Below the pieces are notes generated by a model. The model had not been told where the DNA came from and did not search any database. It worked only from the letters and a program-made list of their open reading frames with translations. The translations under genes were made by a program, and so were the position numbers. Of a stretch of 64,000 nt of DNA, positions 39,265 to 52,724 are shown piece after piece. This stretch comes from Lama guanicoe (lineage: Eukaryota). The stretch covers positions 7,396,534-7,460,533 of the forward strand of contig MU056733.1 in NCBI GenBank assembly GCA_013239625.1, in the 5' to 3' direction. The number at the start of each line of letters is the position of its first letter. Position 1 is the stretch's first letter.

Positions 39265-39650
39265 TTTATTCATTCAGGAACTATTTATTGATCATCTCAT
39301 ATTGCCAGCCACTCTACTAGGTGTCAGGAAATATCAGTGATTAAAAGAGTCAGGGAACCCTCATGAAGTTTACATGCCACTGGTGTTAGCAGATAATAGT
39401 AAATAAATATCTTGGGTGGATACAAGGGCTAGTGAGAAGAATGAAAGCGAATAAAATGGGAGAGAAAGGGAGTGTGAGGTGGGGTCTGCTTTATATAGGA
39501 TGATAAGAGAAATCCTCCTTGATGAGATCTACCCAGGTGAGATTTCAGCAGAGCCCTGAGCAAGTAGGGGTGCAAGTCACGAGAACAAGTGTGAACAAAG
39601 CATTTCAGGCAGAAGGAATAGCGAGTGCAAAAGCCCTGGGGCTGCTGCAA
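39265..39650 (-). mobile_element. L2 3' fragment
   Basis: ttattcattcaggaactatttattga...ccctcatgaagtttaca...tttcaggcagaaggaatagcgagtgcaaaagccctggg. Confidence 0.7.
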
Positions 39651-40942
39651 TAATATGCATGAAACATATTAGTAGCTTTGGTCTGATTTTTTAAGTATTG
39701 GATTCTATGAGTCAGATTTTTACTTGAAAGCATAGAAACTAGACTAAATTAAGATAACATCAGAGCTCACATTATTGATGGGAAGGCCAGAGAACAAGGC
39801 TCAAAAAATAGGAAGGAACCAAGGAATACAAGCCAGGCCCAGGAAACAGTCAAGATGAAACAACTGACTGGTTAGAACATCAGTTTGTGGGCACCATAGA
39901 CACTAGACCCCAAATGCCACCATCACGGAGGATAGTTTACAACTGCCATTGCATCTTTGCATCACTCCTTGAAGACTGAAAGTGGCTGAGTCTAGGTCTT
40001 GAGATGCTCGCATTCCAGTTGCCTGGAAGTGATGAGCCTCTCCAGCTTCTACATGCAAGGCAGCCTCAAATTTCTATTTCTATTTTATTGGCCACATCTG
40101 TGAGATAGCTAATTATATCTCTGAGTTCCAATGTCCAAGAATCGATGTATATTATCCCTAAAGGCCACTGAGAGCACAGGGTGTACAAAATTTAAATCAG
40201 TGACATTGATATCTCATTTCTCAGTTAACTGACTGTATGTTCATTAAACCTCAGACATGTATACACACACACACACTACCCAAGATTCAGAAACTAGTCC
40301 TTGAGGATTTCCTACCTAAAGATATCTTGACATATGATTCATTCACCACAGACACAGCAGCAGCATCATCACCAACATCAGTAACAAGCAATAGCTAACA
40401 CTGAGTCCTCACCACATGCCAGGTACAGATCTAGGTACTGTACATACATTAAAAATCCTTTGGAGTTGTAGTCTTTAAGTCTTAATACCTATCAATGTTC
40501 TCTTATTCATAAAACTCACCCTCCAGGCCTCCAAGTCAGATTAGATAGTCACAGCTACATGAGAAGAAACACTGGTGTATTCCTACAGTGAAAACATCCC
40601 TGAACAATTAGGAAAACACACCTGAGAGTAGTAAAATTATCCAGGAGCACATTCTAGAATACATACTTTTAAATAGACACAGGTATCTCTACTGCACTAT
40701 ATTGTGAGCTACCGTAGGGTAGAGAGTCTTTCTTTTTAAAAGAAAATTATTCCTATATTTTCAGTTCTCTGCATAATTTCTGGCTCAGTAGATGATTAAT
40801 AAATGTTTATTGAATGAATAAATGACTTCCATATACCATTTAAGGAAAATATTTTCTCCCAATATTAGTCCTGGTGAAAAAGAGAATTGAAAAATAAGAT
40901 AAATGAGTCAAAAAGTGGAAAACACAAAAACTTCTAGTCTTC

Positions 40943-41098
40943 ATTTGCTGGCTATTCTTGGAGTATGATGGGATTATTGGCAGCTTGAAATTTATGGCAG
41001 CCTGACATTGTGGTGTCTCTGGGTATGTATCAATCGAGAAGTCCAGAACCTTCATGGGAAAATGGTTTTCTACTCCTTAAAGGGTTCTGTTGAGAAAA
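40943..41098 (+). repeat. 156-bp dispersed direct repeat, copy 1
   Basis: Ungapped match to 42474-42629 with 13 mismatches by hand count (about 92% identity). Confidence 0.95.
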
Positions 41099-41664
41099 GA
41101 ACCCTGTCCACTGATGAACCACATAAATGCTGACTTCACAAATTTAGAATATTTAGGGATATGCATGTCCAGAGTACAGGGATATGGACCCCTCTGAAAG
41201 AAGTAGCAGTGATACAGGAAGGAAGTCCAGCTCAGCCCTTTCTGAGCTGAATGACCTTCACTTTCCACCATCTACACCATGACAGATTGCACATAGGTCA
41301 GTGCTTCCTAAACTCTGCTCCCTGGGCTTCCTTAGTGGGGCATCAGGGGAGAGAAGTGGGGGCCGACAAGACAGAAGTCTGGGCCACCAAACTCTGCTCT
41401 AGCCAAACAGCGCCTCTTATCCATCTTATGTATTTGGATTCTGAGAATTATCTGTGACCAAAAGTTCTGTGGCTAAAAAGAAGTCAAAAAAAAAAAAAAG
41501 AAGCTAGATAATCTCTACGATACCTTTAGCTCTACTAATCAATGATAATTATTACCATCAGGAATACAGTGAAAGAGGATGACAGCTTGTCCCTGGGAGA
41601 TTAAATAAGAAGGCAGTTAGTGGCAAGCATTGTACAGCGGTTTGTGAAATCTAAAACAGTGGAC

Positions 41665-41824
41665 GGGAGGGAGGATATACCTCTGTGGTTGAGTGCGTGC
41701 TTAGAATAAATACACAAGGTCCTGGGTTTAATCCCTAGTACCTCTGTTAAAAATAAATAGATAGGTAAACAAACCTAATTATCCCCTCAAAAAAGAAATA
41801 AAAATTAAAATAAATAAATAAAAA
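41665..41824 (+). mobile_element. tRNA-derived SINE (camelid Vic-1-like), degenerate A/B boxes
   Basis: Head gggagggaggatatacctctgtggttgagtgcgtgcttag...ggtcctgggtttaatccctagtacctc followed by an A-rich tail. Perfect 13-bp TSD taaaacagtggac at 41652-41664 and 41825-41837. Confidence 0.88.
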
Positions 41825-41837
41825 TAAAACAGTGGAC

Positions 41838-41926
41838 AGAACATTGTAAACTGACTATATATCAATCAAAAGAAAAAAAAACCTTAAAAACAAAACAAAG
41901 AAACACTACAAAAAACAAAAATAAAA
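41838..41926 (+). mobile_element. Extremely truncated L1 3' tip with A-rich tail
   Basis: aacattgtaaactgactatatatcaat matches the terminal ~27 nt of the L1 at about 13670-13696. It is followed by an A-rich tail and a third target copy taaaacagcgga (41927-41938). Confidence 0.7.
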
Positions 41927-42473
41927 TAAAACAGCGGAGAACCCAGTGCTGAAAGTTAAGCAGTGTCTGGGGAAACAGGAAAGGATAATAGGTAGAAAAC
42001 ATATATAAATATGCCCTCTCTCTTTTCTTTCTCTCTATGTGTGTATACATATATATGTGCAACATATATACACACACATAAATGATATGTGGGAAAAGGA
42101 ATCACTAAGGAGGTGACTACAGTGACTGCAGTATGGATACAGATGGAGAATGAGGAAATGTCTGGAATGATTCTATAAAAGAGTTGATTTTTCAGCAGAA
42201 TTTTTGGAGGCAGAACATAGTTTGGCAGATGGAGGAAAGAAAACATTCAGGTGGAGAAGACAGCAGCACTTAATGTTAGTTCAGAGGTAATAAAAACGTA
42301 TGTTTAGTGAGCGCCTGGTAGATTTTGTTATCCCCTAGTCTAAGTAGTCTGTTCTCTAATCTGTTTGTACCAACTTAGGTCTAACCTATTGACCCTGTAC
42401 TGGAATCCTAAGAAAGCTCCCTCCTTAGTTCCAGAGAATTTGGCTCAAATTTCGTTTAATCTGAACAACCCAG

Positions 42474-42629
42474 ATTTGCTGGCTATTCTTGGAGTATGAT
42501 GGGATTATTGGCAGCTTTAAATTTATGGTGGCCTGACACTGCGGTGTCTCTGAGTATGTATCAATTGAGAAGTCCGGAACTTTCATGGGAAAATGGTTTC
42601 CCACTCTTTAAAGGGTTCTGTGGAGAAAA
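42474..42629 (+). repeat. 156-bp dispersed direct repeat, copy 2
   Basis: Offset 1531 bp from copy 1; both begin atttgctggctattcttggagtatgatgggattattggcagctt. Confidence 0.95.
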
Positions 42630-44039
42630 TAACCTATGGAAAAGTCTGTGGAAAGTGGAAACAAAAGAATGTATGGCTAGATCAATGGGATGAAAAATGA
42701 ATTCTCTTCCTGAAATGACTCCAAGAGTTCCTCCCATGTCTGCTGGGTCTTTCAGAGTTCTGCCATATCCCATCAATCCAACCTCTCCAATGTCAAATAC
42801 TTGCTTCTCTCATCTACTTTCTCAGCAACCTAAACTCCTCATGTATCTTCTCCACCTCCCACATAATTACCGAAATAAAAAATGTACAACTGAGAAAAGT
42901 GACTCATTTTTTTCAGCTGAAGTCTGCTTCAGCTTGCCTTCCTTATGCTCATCCATTCCCTAAACAGGAAAATTATATTCTTTTGGTGCTTCTTAAATTT
43001 GATTTTGGAGTGAGCATTACCCCAACCTATAAATGAGATGTTTCCAAAGTTTGCCTTGCAAGTTAGCAGCTTGAAACTTAGAATATCATTTCCTGAAGAA
43101 ATAAATCTACAGGAGTGTTTAAGTCTCCATCCAAACCAAAAAAGCATTTTCAATCTCTATGTTATATAGCTTTAGTTCAGAGGGACCCAGCTACCTAGTG
43201 ATCATGAACCATTCTTCTCCTTTCTTTATTCTCATACGTATTCTTGAAAAGGAAATAGACTACACTGAAGAATGCATCTTCCTTCTTGGCTCCACTCCCC
43301 AGAAGGAATCCTACTTTTGTGTGTAACAGACATATGGTAGGTGTTGTTAAGTCAATGATTACCTGGCCATTTGTTTCTTTATTTCCCTGTAGGAAAATCT
43401 TTCCTTTTGTTTATCAGTTTGGGGATAAATACAACAACATCAGACAGATGCATACTTCCACAGCACATATACAGGTACCAGAAAACAACAACAACTAAAC
43501 ATCATAGTGCATATTTTTTCAAACTAGAAATTAAAGAACTTAAAAGGAGTGAGAGAGTGTGTACATGCAGTCGTTAACATTAACAAAGAGGAAGTATATG
43601 AACTTGACCATGCTTCCTGTGAGACGGGTTTCAGAAGGCACCAGTTTTAGATATTATGAAAAGACTGAACATTTAGCACCAAGATTGGAAGGCATATTAA
43701 TGGGTTAAAAAGGCTATAGCGATAATATTTTAAGCTGCTGTCATCCTTAGCCCAGATCATAAGTTTATAGTGTCAAGTATGGCTATCTTTCTGTCTGTGT
43801 TGAAGTATCTCTCTACAAAATGGGGCCTGTTATTTGCTGAAGCAACCAGCTGGTACCACTTGGGTGAAATCCAGGTCTGTGCGGTTTCAGCTCTGTGCAT
43901 GAGAGATCTATCAGGTGCCTAACTATAAAGTGTGCCAGAGTGGGCAGGCCCCATGATTAATTGGTGGGAATTGGGCAACCTTTGCTTTAGACTTAACCAA
44001 ATTTTGCCATCATGTACTACTCATTAGACACTGATATTT

Positions 44040-45660
44040 GTTCATTTGTGTGGGCTTCATTTATGCAACTTCTATTTAATGGGAGCCTATTATATGCAAA
44101 AATTGAACTAGGGTTATATACATAAGACAATAAATAAAATATGATTTCTACCCTAAAGGAGCTTATAATATAGCAAAAGAGACAGACATGTAAATGAGTA
44201 CTTATAATAAAGTCTGTTGTATGTTGTAGTATAGATAGGCACTAGATACAATGATGGCACAAAGGGAATATGAACATATGTGCCTGGAGGATCAGGAAGT
44301 CTCCACAAAGAAAAATACAACTCTAGCCATACTGTGGAAATAAGTTAGAAATGTATTATGTGGAAAAGACGGGAAAAGAAGACATTCCAGGCAAAAGGAA
44401 TAGTGTTTAGAAAGGGGGAAAGGATGAAATAACATGAGTCACTGCACAGTTGCATTGGAGTGTGGGATGTGACGAGCAGTATATTTTCAAGTTTGAAGAG
44501 ATAAGCAGGGACCAGAAAATTAACAAGTGAATTTTTAAAAAATCAGACTGAGAGCTATCCTTAAAGAAAATAAAGGAAGTGAGGTAATGTGTTAGAAAGT
44601 GACCTGGACCCCATTTAAAGGGATTTGTCACAGAAGCCTCTTAAGCAAAGAGTCAGAGAAAGAGCACTCTGGGTAGAGAGAGTAACACATGCAAAGGTTT
44701 TGAAGAGGCAATATGCCTGGTGTGTTTTAAAAACTAAAAGGAGGCCAGTAGACTTTGTGAGCAGGAGGGGTATGGTTATGAGAAGAATTCAGAGAAGGAG
44801 GCAAGTCCTGGATCAAGTAGGATATTATAGACCTTGGTAATAATGAGTTTGGTTTTGGTCCTACATGGAATAGGACACTATCAAAGGTTTTTAAATGTTG
44901 GAAACACATGATGGGATAGATACTTTTTAAAAGATCACTCTTTTTACTGAGAGGAGAATGATTGTAAGGGGTTGAGGGTAAAAGAAAGCAGATTAGAAGG
45001 AAAAGCTATTGTGTTAGACTCCATGAGAGACAACTGGGTTAGAGACAGTAGTGGAGATGAAGAAAAGGGAAGAGAGACAAGACGTATTTTTGAGGTAGAG
45101 AGGGCTGGCAAAGAATGAAAGGATGTTTTGTTTTTTACTTATAGAAACTAGAAAAAGTAGTAGCATCTAATGATAAAAGGAAGACTGGGGAAATGAATCA
45201 GGGTTCCATTTCCATTTAGATGACTAGATGAGAAGGGAAAAAAGATTTGGGAACACGAGATGAAGCTTTATTTTTAGGATATGTTGAGATTGGGCTCCTG
45301 TGGGTCATCAGAACAAGATTTCTGATGGACAGTGAGGTATACAGAGCCCAGGAAGAAGATTTGGCTAGAGAGCTAGGAGAGTTTGAAACCCATTAGTCAG
45401 GTAGGAATTGTGGGTACAGATTATTTTTGGAGCTTCTGTTGAGCATGAACATGCAAGAATAAGGACAAAAGCCTGGGTAATATCTACTTTTCAGAGGTTG
45501 GCAGAAAAAGGGGAGCCAAGTTGGGGGAGGACGTGGGGCGGAAAGGATGTGAAACCAAAGATAAAGAAGGGAAAACCCAGCAGAAATGGGTGTTACAAAA
45601 GCCAAGGAAGTAAAGAGAAGGCATGTATCATGGTTTCAAATGTCCCAGAGAGGTCATGCA
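44040..45660 (-). mobile_element. Degenerate L2 LINE segments
   Basis: L2-type 3' start (gagcctattatatgcaa...ctaccctaaaggagcttata) and purine-rich body motifs (tttaaaagatcactct, ggatatgttgagattg); boundaries approximate. Confidence 0.6.
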
Positions 45661-47496
45661 CAGCTCCACTTGCCTTTCTGAGAGTTTACAGAGCCTTCTA
45701 TTTGTCTTGAGCACTCCCTCAAAAACAATCAATATGTGTTTCTGGAGCCAGCACTGAACTCGGTATCTTACCTTCAAAGAGTTTGGAAACAAGTTTGGGG
45801 AAATCAGGTACATACAAATACAAATGGATAACCAACTAGTGTTCTGTTTAATGAATGATGAAGAAACAGGACAGGCAGTATACGCTACTGAAGGTCTAAG
45901 CGGATAAGAAGTCACGGAGAACTGTGGTCATCAAGAAAGCCTTCACAAATGAGATAACTCTTGACTCAGCCTTCAGAGATTGGGTTAAACTGAACTAGGC
46001 AAAAAGGGGACTTTCCAAGTAGCGGAAATGACAATAAACAAAAGTACAGGGAAACTAATCCTTAAATTCATACTAAGTCTGGCTGAGATAAAATGCCAAA
46101 GTGGAGGAGGAGCTTTGCTACAGAACATGTTATTTTAGAAGTTGGAAAGCCTTAGAGACAAATTAGTTCACCACTCTTACTTTATATGGAGGAAATGATA
46201 ACCCAGAGAGATTACATTTCATAAGCTTAGTCAAGGGCAGAGCCAGGAGGAAGTAAGGCAAGAATAGGAGATTGGTACCAGATTCTAAGAATCATAAATA
46301 AATACAAATTAGAATTAACCTTCTAAAAAAAGAGAAATCGTTGCAATTCAGAGGAAAAGGGGAGTGAAAAGTAAGATTAACCACCAGGCAGGTACAAAAG
46401 TAATGCCAAAAGTGAGGAATTTTGGTGACTATCCAGCCTTTCTCTTTGAAGGCTTCTCATTTGAACCACAGAACACATATAAAAATGATTTGAGTGTTTT
46501 CTTCATTCCGCCAAGGATGGTACACAACTAGTACTGGTCTAGATGCATGGGAAAGAGGTTAATTCATTGAGTACATTTATGGGCTCCAGGGCCTTAGGGT
46601 GTTAGGGCTTGCTTCTCTGCTAGAATGCTGGTTGAGGAAGGCTGGCAGAAGAGGGAAAAGACAGATGTAAAAGACATTGCAAATAGAATTTGGTAACTGA
46701 TAGTATGGCCTTAATGATGGAGGAAAGAGTAGTTATTTCCATATTATGAGCTGGATAATTTGGAACGGCTGGTATCTCCAAAAAGATATTGTCAGGGAGG
46801 TCTAATCTACGGAGAAGATAATTAACTTAACAGGTACAATTTCTAAGGTTAACAACAAAAAATAAAAGGAAAAATAATAACGTTTTAATATCTAAAAATC
46901 TTGGATTATGGGAAATTTTATTTTTCTGTTGGTTTCCTGTGGTTCTTATAGTCTGGTTCTTAATGAATGGACTTTTACAATACACCCATGTTCAGTAAGA
47001 GCAACAATTATGATAAGATATACTTAATAAAACAAACTTCAGTTTGTACATGAGCCAATCCATTTCCAATGACACTAGAATGAGAATATTGGGGAATTAC
47101 AGAGCCTATAGGAAAACCCAAAATTACCGAAAGATACATCGTCTTTTTTTAGCCAAGAATCAAGTTTCTCTTTAATTAAGTAAGGATAAAAAGTGAATTC
47201 GACCCTAAGTGTGCTTAAGTATACTAGTGCCCAAACTTCCTGGATTCTTTTCTCAACATTCTTGTTCTTGGGCTTCCTGTATCTTCCATACGACATTCAG
47301 CAGTGAAGTCTGAACTATCTGTGATCATTAATGTTCCCCTGACAGTTTTCACTAGAGGGCAATGGCCCAATTCCAAACAGTAATTCTATTTTATAACTCT
47401 TCCTCCCTTTTCAAGGATAGTAATCTCCATTTCCTCTTCTATATTGGTTTCACTCCGCTGGTGTAAAGTATGCAGTTCAAGATGGAAGAAAGTATG

Positions 47497-47562
47497 CAAG
47501 AAACTAGATCTTGTTGATGTTTTCTATACAAGAAACTAGATCTTGTTGATGTTTTCTATACA
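47497..47562. repeat. Perfect 32-bp tandem duplication
   Basis: caagaaactagatcttgttgatgttttctata twice, followed by ca. Confidence 0.95.
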
Positions 47563-50500
47563 GCTCTCCAGTCAACTGTCCATCAGTATGGAGGACAAAT
47601 CTGGATATTACCAAAAGCTATCACTCTGTGTTCTCAATCAAAGGCAATCAAAGCCATGAGGAACACTGAATTTAAATTAGCGTGAAAGATTTATTCAGAT
47701 GAATACTAAATACCAACCTGATTTCTCCAGAGTAGATTTCCAAGGTGATAAACAGAATCACCTCCTCTTTCATTGGAGAAATAAGTCCTTAAGATGCAAT
47801 GGTTAAGGGAAGATTGCAAATGGTACCTAATACAACAAACAAAAAAAAACTACATTTGAATAAATCAACCCCCTAGGTCAGATCTAACTAAGTAAGAGCC
47901 AATATTTTTTAAGTGAGATACTATTCTTCCCTTCCTTTAGAAAATCTCAGAAATTTTTAGAAATATTAATCCAAAAAAACATTGGAAGAAAAATTCTCCA
48001 AATGCCTAATGGTGAAAATGAAATGGGGGACATTTGCAATGGATTACTTATAATGTCTCACTATTCCTTTACATCTCTCAAATAAAACATTACTTTTTTT
48101 TTAATTGATTTAAAGAAATGGGACTTTGAAATGCAACGTTTACCCTAAACAGCCTCAACACTTATTTCCTTCCCTCATTAGAACCCTGTAAGAGTCTGAT
48201 AGCCAAAGTGGGCTGCCCTCAATACAGTATGTGTCTAGAAATCTAATTGCAAGTTAATTATTTAGAAGCCAATAATTTCTCTTTAAAGAAATTCTGCCTT
48301 GATTTTTCCCCTCTTCGGTAAATAATGGAGACAATTGCCTCCACTGGGGTTTGAGTAGAACTGTGGAATGCATCTTTTGGAATAGCTATTGAGGATCTAG
48401 TTTGGCAATTAAGAGGAACTTTTACTTCTCAGTTTTTATTCCAAACTGGTAAATTGGTTTCTGAACCAAAAAGCAAGTAAGAGTGGGAAGAGGATTTGCA
48501 TTTTAACAGCCCCTAGTCTAGGCTAGTTCCTAGGCTAGTCATGCTGACCAAGAGGTTCTGAAACCATTTGGAAAAGCAGCTAATTTCTGAGTTTGCTTAA
48601 CTTTTGGAGATCATTTCGTTTATTTTTTTCTTGCCTCATCTAGCTCTTTTATGTAGTCATTAATGGGAAGACATTAGGATCTTTCAAATTTTCACTTAAA
48701 AATAACACTGAATAGTTTTGGAATTGGGATTACAAATAGTGGATGTAAAGCTAATTACCAAAAGTCTACATTTAGAGCAAACTGGTGTATACGAAGCCAA
48801 CAGTTCAATATTTTAGAAAGTGCCAATTTGCTAAAAATAGATAAATATGATGATTACTGCTGGAATTAATTCAAGGACATTCAAAATGAGATGACTAATA
48901 TCAAGGAGCAGCATTTCTCTGATATAAATCGAAGGGAGATGTTTTACACCCATTATTGCCCAATCCTGTAGCAGAAATGAATCCCACAAACCAAAATAAG
49001 AAAAGTCAGATCAAAGCTATGCCACATAAAAATAGCAAGAATATATGGTAGCTGATATTCCTCTTAGCCAGGTGGTACCCGGCAGAGTTCAGCTTCTGGA
49101 AAACAGGGAACATCCAGTGCCCGTCAACTCTAGGTGTGGAGATTTGCCCCAACTTTCTTTTTTAGATACAAAAGCTCATGAGATCAGTGTGGTTAAGTTT
49201 CCTTTAAGAATCACCAGTGATGATAACCTTACCAATAATAAGAATATGCAATACAGGCCAAAATGAAAACTGTCAAAGGGAAAATAGTGGTCTACCACAT
49301 CTGAGGTCAGTCCCTCCTAATCTGGTGAGCTACCCTATTGTGGACATACAAGTACATATGTAGGAGACTCTCAGCCAATTTATTCTCACTAAATTGCAGG
49401 TGTGGGTTTCAAAACATTGTCTAAACCATGTGACCTGGTCCCTCCTCCAGACAGAGGTGATTGTTCTGTCGGTAACTAGCTGACTCAAGAAGGACCAATC
49501 AGATTCATTTACTCTCATTCTTTCTCTCATATTCTCTTTCTCTCACTCTCTCACTGTATGTGTGTATATATACAGAGATATAGTTCTATCTCTCAGCTAG
49601 AATTTTTAATTGAGAGGCAGAGAAGCTGGGGTTATTAGTAACTGAGTCTTTTAAATGCAGGGCTCCAGAAAGAAAGTTTATGAATTGCTTAAGTTGAAGT
49701 TCCCAGATCTACTCTGATTCCCATAAGCTTGGCTGTTTAACTTCTTAATTTCATGTGACATTTAGCTTCCTTTCAATAGATCCCTTTTACAGACCCTTAA
49801 AGGTGGTGTCTGTTACTTGTACCCAATCAAAGGAAACATAAGTAATACAAGTAAGTATGTGTGATTGTGTGTGGGTATGTGTGTGTGGAGAGAGACACAC
49901 TCGGAGAGAGACAGAGAGAGACAGAGACAGGGAGAGGTAGCTAGAGTGAAAGATTAAAAGTGATCATTAACCAACCATAGGTAAAATTTAAAAAATAATT
50001 GCTTCCCTCTGGATGACCAGCTTTTCCCCAAGTTTCCAGGTAATGTATCTTTATATCAAACTCTATTTAAGCCCCCTTTGTAAAAGTATTTTTCAAAATA
50101 TCCACGATACTAATTTTTCTGTTAGATTTTTGGCTTCTAGGAAAAACAAATCTCTTGGAAAAATGATCCAATTATTATACTTAAAAATATTTTCAAATAG
50201 TATCCATAAATTAAGAAATCAGATTCTTTGGGTTGCAAAAGTTTATTGCTTGTATGAGAATTTGATAAGATTTGTATTATTAAATTGATAACTTATCCCA
50301 ATTAACTAATGACACAGGAGAACTGAAATGTCCTTTGTAGAGATCTTGAGAGTTTAGATTATATCTGGCATCACCTGAGTTGGAAAAGGTTCAGGGGTGT
50401 ATACCACTTCTGATCAAGGTTAACTCCTGATGCACTGAGGAACCCCGAGGTTGCATGGAAATGGTGCTTAAGTGGTCACTGAACTGTGCTTTCCCCAACC

Positions 50501-51074
50501 AAACTTCATCCCCATTTTTAGTCTCTCAATCAAGGTGCATTCCCTCTCTACTCTTCTGCATGACTGGGCCCTGATGTGATGGACGTGAGCACAGCATGCC
50601 TGGTAATCTTAGTGCTGAGAACCCAGTGTGGAAGTGAGGTGGGGGTGGGGATGGAGATGAGGGAGAAACAGCCAGTTTAGCAAATGGAGAAGAGAAATCA
50701 CAATGTGAAGAAAAGACTAAAACAGAAAAAGATAACAAAGAAAAATAGTGGATATTTCTAATCCCTTTGAACTGATCCTTGGGGTCTCATGACAATTTTG
50801 AATAATTGCTTATTTAAATTCTGTCACTGAAGTTTTCAAAGGAAGTGATAAAGATATGCTATGTTTCCATCCATTAGCAAGATTAATATTTACTCTATAG
50901 AGAATCGGAGAGGAAGGGTGGGAAGGGAAATGTATATATATTCTACAGAGAGCAGGGGTAATTTTTTGTATAGAATCATGGATACTTTTAAGTTTCAATA
51001 TGTGGAATTCCTCAAGCAATAATACTTTACACTTGAAAAACACATTATTTGCAAAATGCTTTTATTTTTGTCAC

Positions 51075-51240
51075 TTTATTTGAGCCTCACACCAACACAA
51101 TAGAAAAGGCAAGCCTGAATTTGGAGTATTCTTTTTATGCACCCACTTACATAGATGAATAAACTGAGGCTCAGGAAGCTTATGTTACTTACCCAAGATC
51201 ACACGACAAGCAATTGGCAGAGCCAGGTCTAGAACCCAGG
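51075..51240 (-). mobile_element. MIR SINE
   Basis: agatgaataaactgaggctcag...acttacccaagatcacac...ggcagagccaggtctagaacccagg. Confidence 0.8.
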
Positions 51241-52724
51241 GAAGGGTTTATTCCACTACAAAGACATGAAACAGGACATTAAACAAACAACATCTAAAGA
51301 AATAAGTTCTGTAAATAATTAAGAACAGGAAATCTGGAGAGACACACTCTCATTTACAACCTGAACTCACTGCAAGTGTGCCACTCTGTTCTAAGTAGAC
51401 AGGAGACAAAATTACAACTTTGACCACAACCACCTTGAAAGGAGGACCAAGGGCTGAGTGTGCATTTACACAGAGCCAGCTCTCAATAGGTACATAGGAC
51501 ATAGGAATGGTCTTCTGTACCAAATCATATCCCCTAATGGTCCATCATAATAATTCCTCCCTTCCTACTTTTATTCCCTCAATAAATATTTTTTTATTGA
51601 GAGACTGCTATGTGCCAGACATAGCTTAATATACCTGCTTTGTCTAAAACACCTATTTAGAAAGTTGGAGTGTATAGACTTTTTCTTACATTTCTCCTTT
51701 ATGGCCTGACCCACTTAACATTAGCATGAGCTGGTATTACTTATCAGAAGAACTCCACTTGGACCTGAAAGCAGGAGAAAAAATAAGAAAACTCAAAGAA
51801 AGAGAAGAGATTGAGAGCAATGAGCAAGATATAAAAGAAGGGTTTGGAGATTGGGAAACACTACTCAACTTCATCTCTAGATCATTTTGCCTTACTGTTT
51901 TCTCAAGGCCATGCCAACTCAGTCAGAGAAAATGCACTACCGAGAGTCTGGCCAATAGTATTTTCCTATAAAGCTGTGGTCACAATGTGCCCCACATTGG
52001 CCACAATTGGCCTACTTGAGAATCCAAATTCCTTCAACCTATTCAAACCTAAGTCAGATAAACTTGATCTGATTCTCAGTCATTCACCAGGCACTTGAGG
52101 GACTACTTACCATTCAACCTCCTTTTACCTTCATGTAAGATTTCTCTTTTTGAAATATTATTATGTGGATAGTTCAGTGGGAAGAAAAGAAACCTAAATG
52201 AACCTAAAATTAATTCTGAGCATAAGCCCCTGAGCAAAGGCCAAGGCTATGTGTATTTTTTTAAAGTTTGTGTAATCAATGAAATAAATCAAATAAGAGC
52301 AGTGAGGGATTAAGTCAGGGCCTGTTTGAAATAGCTGTGGAGCAAAGTAACATGTGTCAGCACTTAGGGCCTAAAAGGAAGGGCATGAGAAGGTCTAGGA
52401 TTATGGTAATCACGTGTCCAACCTGGGACTCTGCTAACTTCAGAGTGGGGCTAGGATGCTGGCTCGTGGGGGAGGAGGATGTAAAAGGAGGTAGTTTGGA
52501 GAAACACAGTATCAACGGGCTCATTTTGCATTTTATGCCCGATTTCACTCAAAACTGATAGCTTTCATATCTCTAGGTCAACAGCAAGAATCAGTGATGA
52601 TTAGCTCCACTTCAAAATTTGGTAACAATAGATTAAAAAAAAAATCTCATGGTGGTTCTCTCCATTTAGACATGCCACAACTTATGGAAAGACTGTAAAC
52701 CTAGTTCTATATTAATTTAGCAAA

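Noticed and set aside
50589-50597. Minus-strand ATGCTGTGC as GAP43 exon 1
   Set aside because: It continues MLCSRPSHQ rather than MLCCMRRTKQ, and has no donor after 30 nt; a chance 9-mer.
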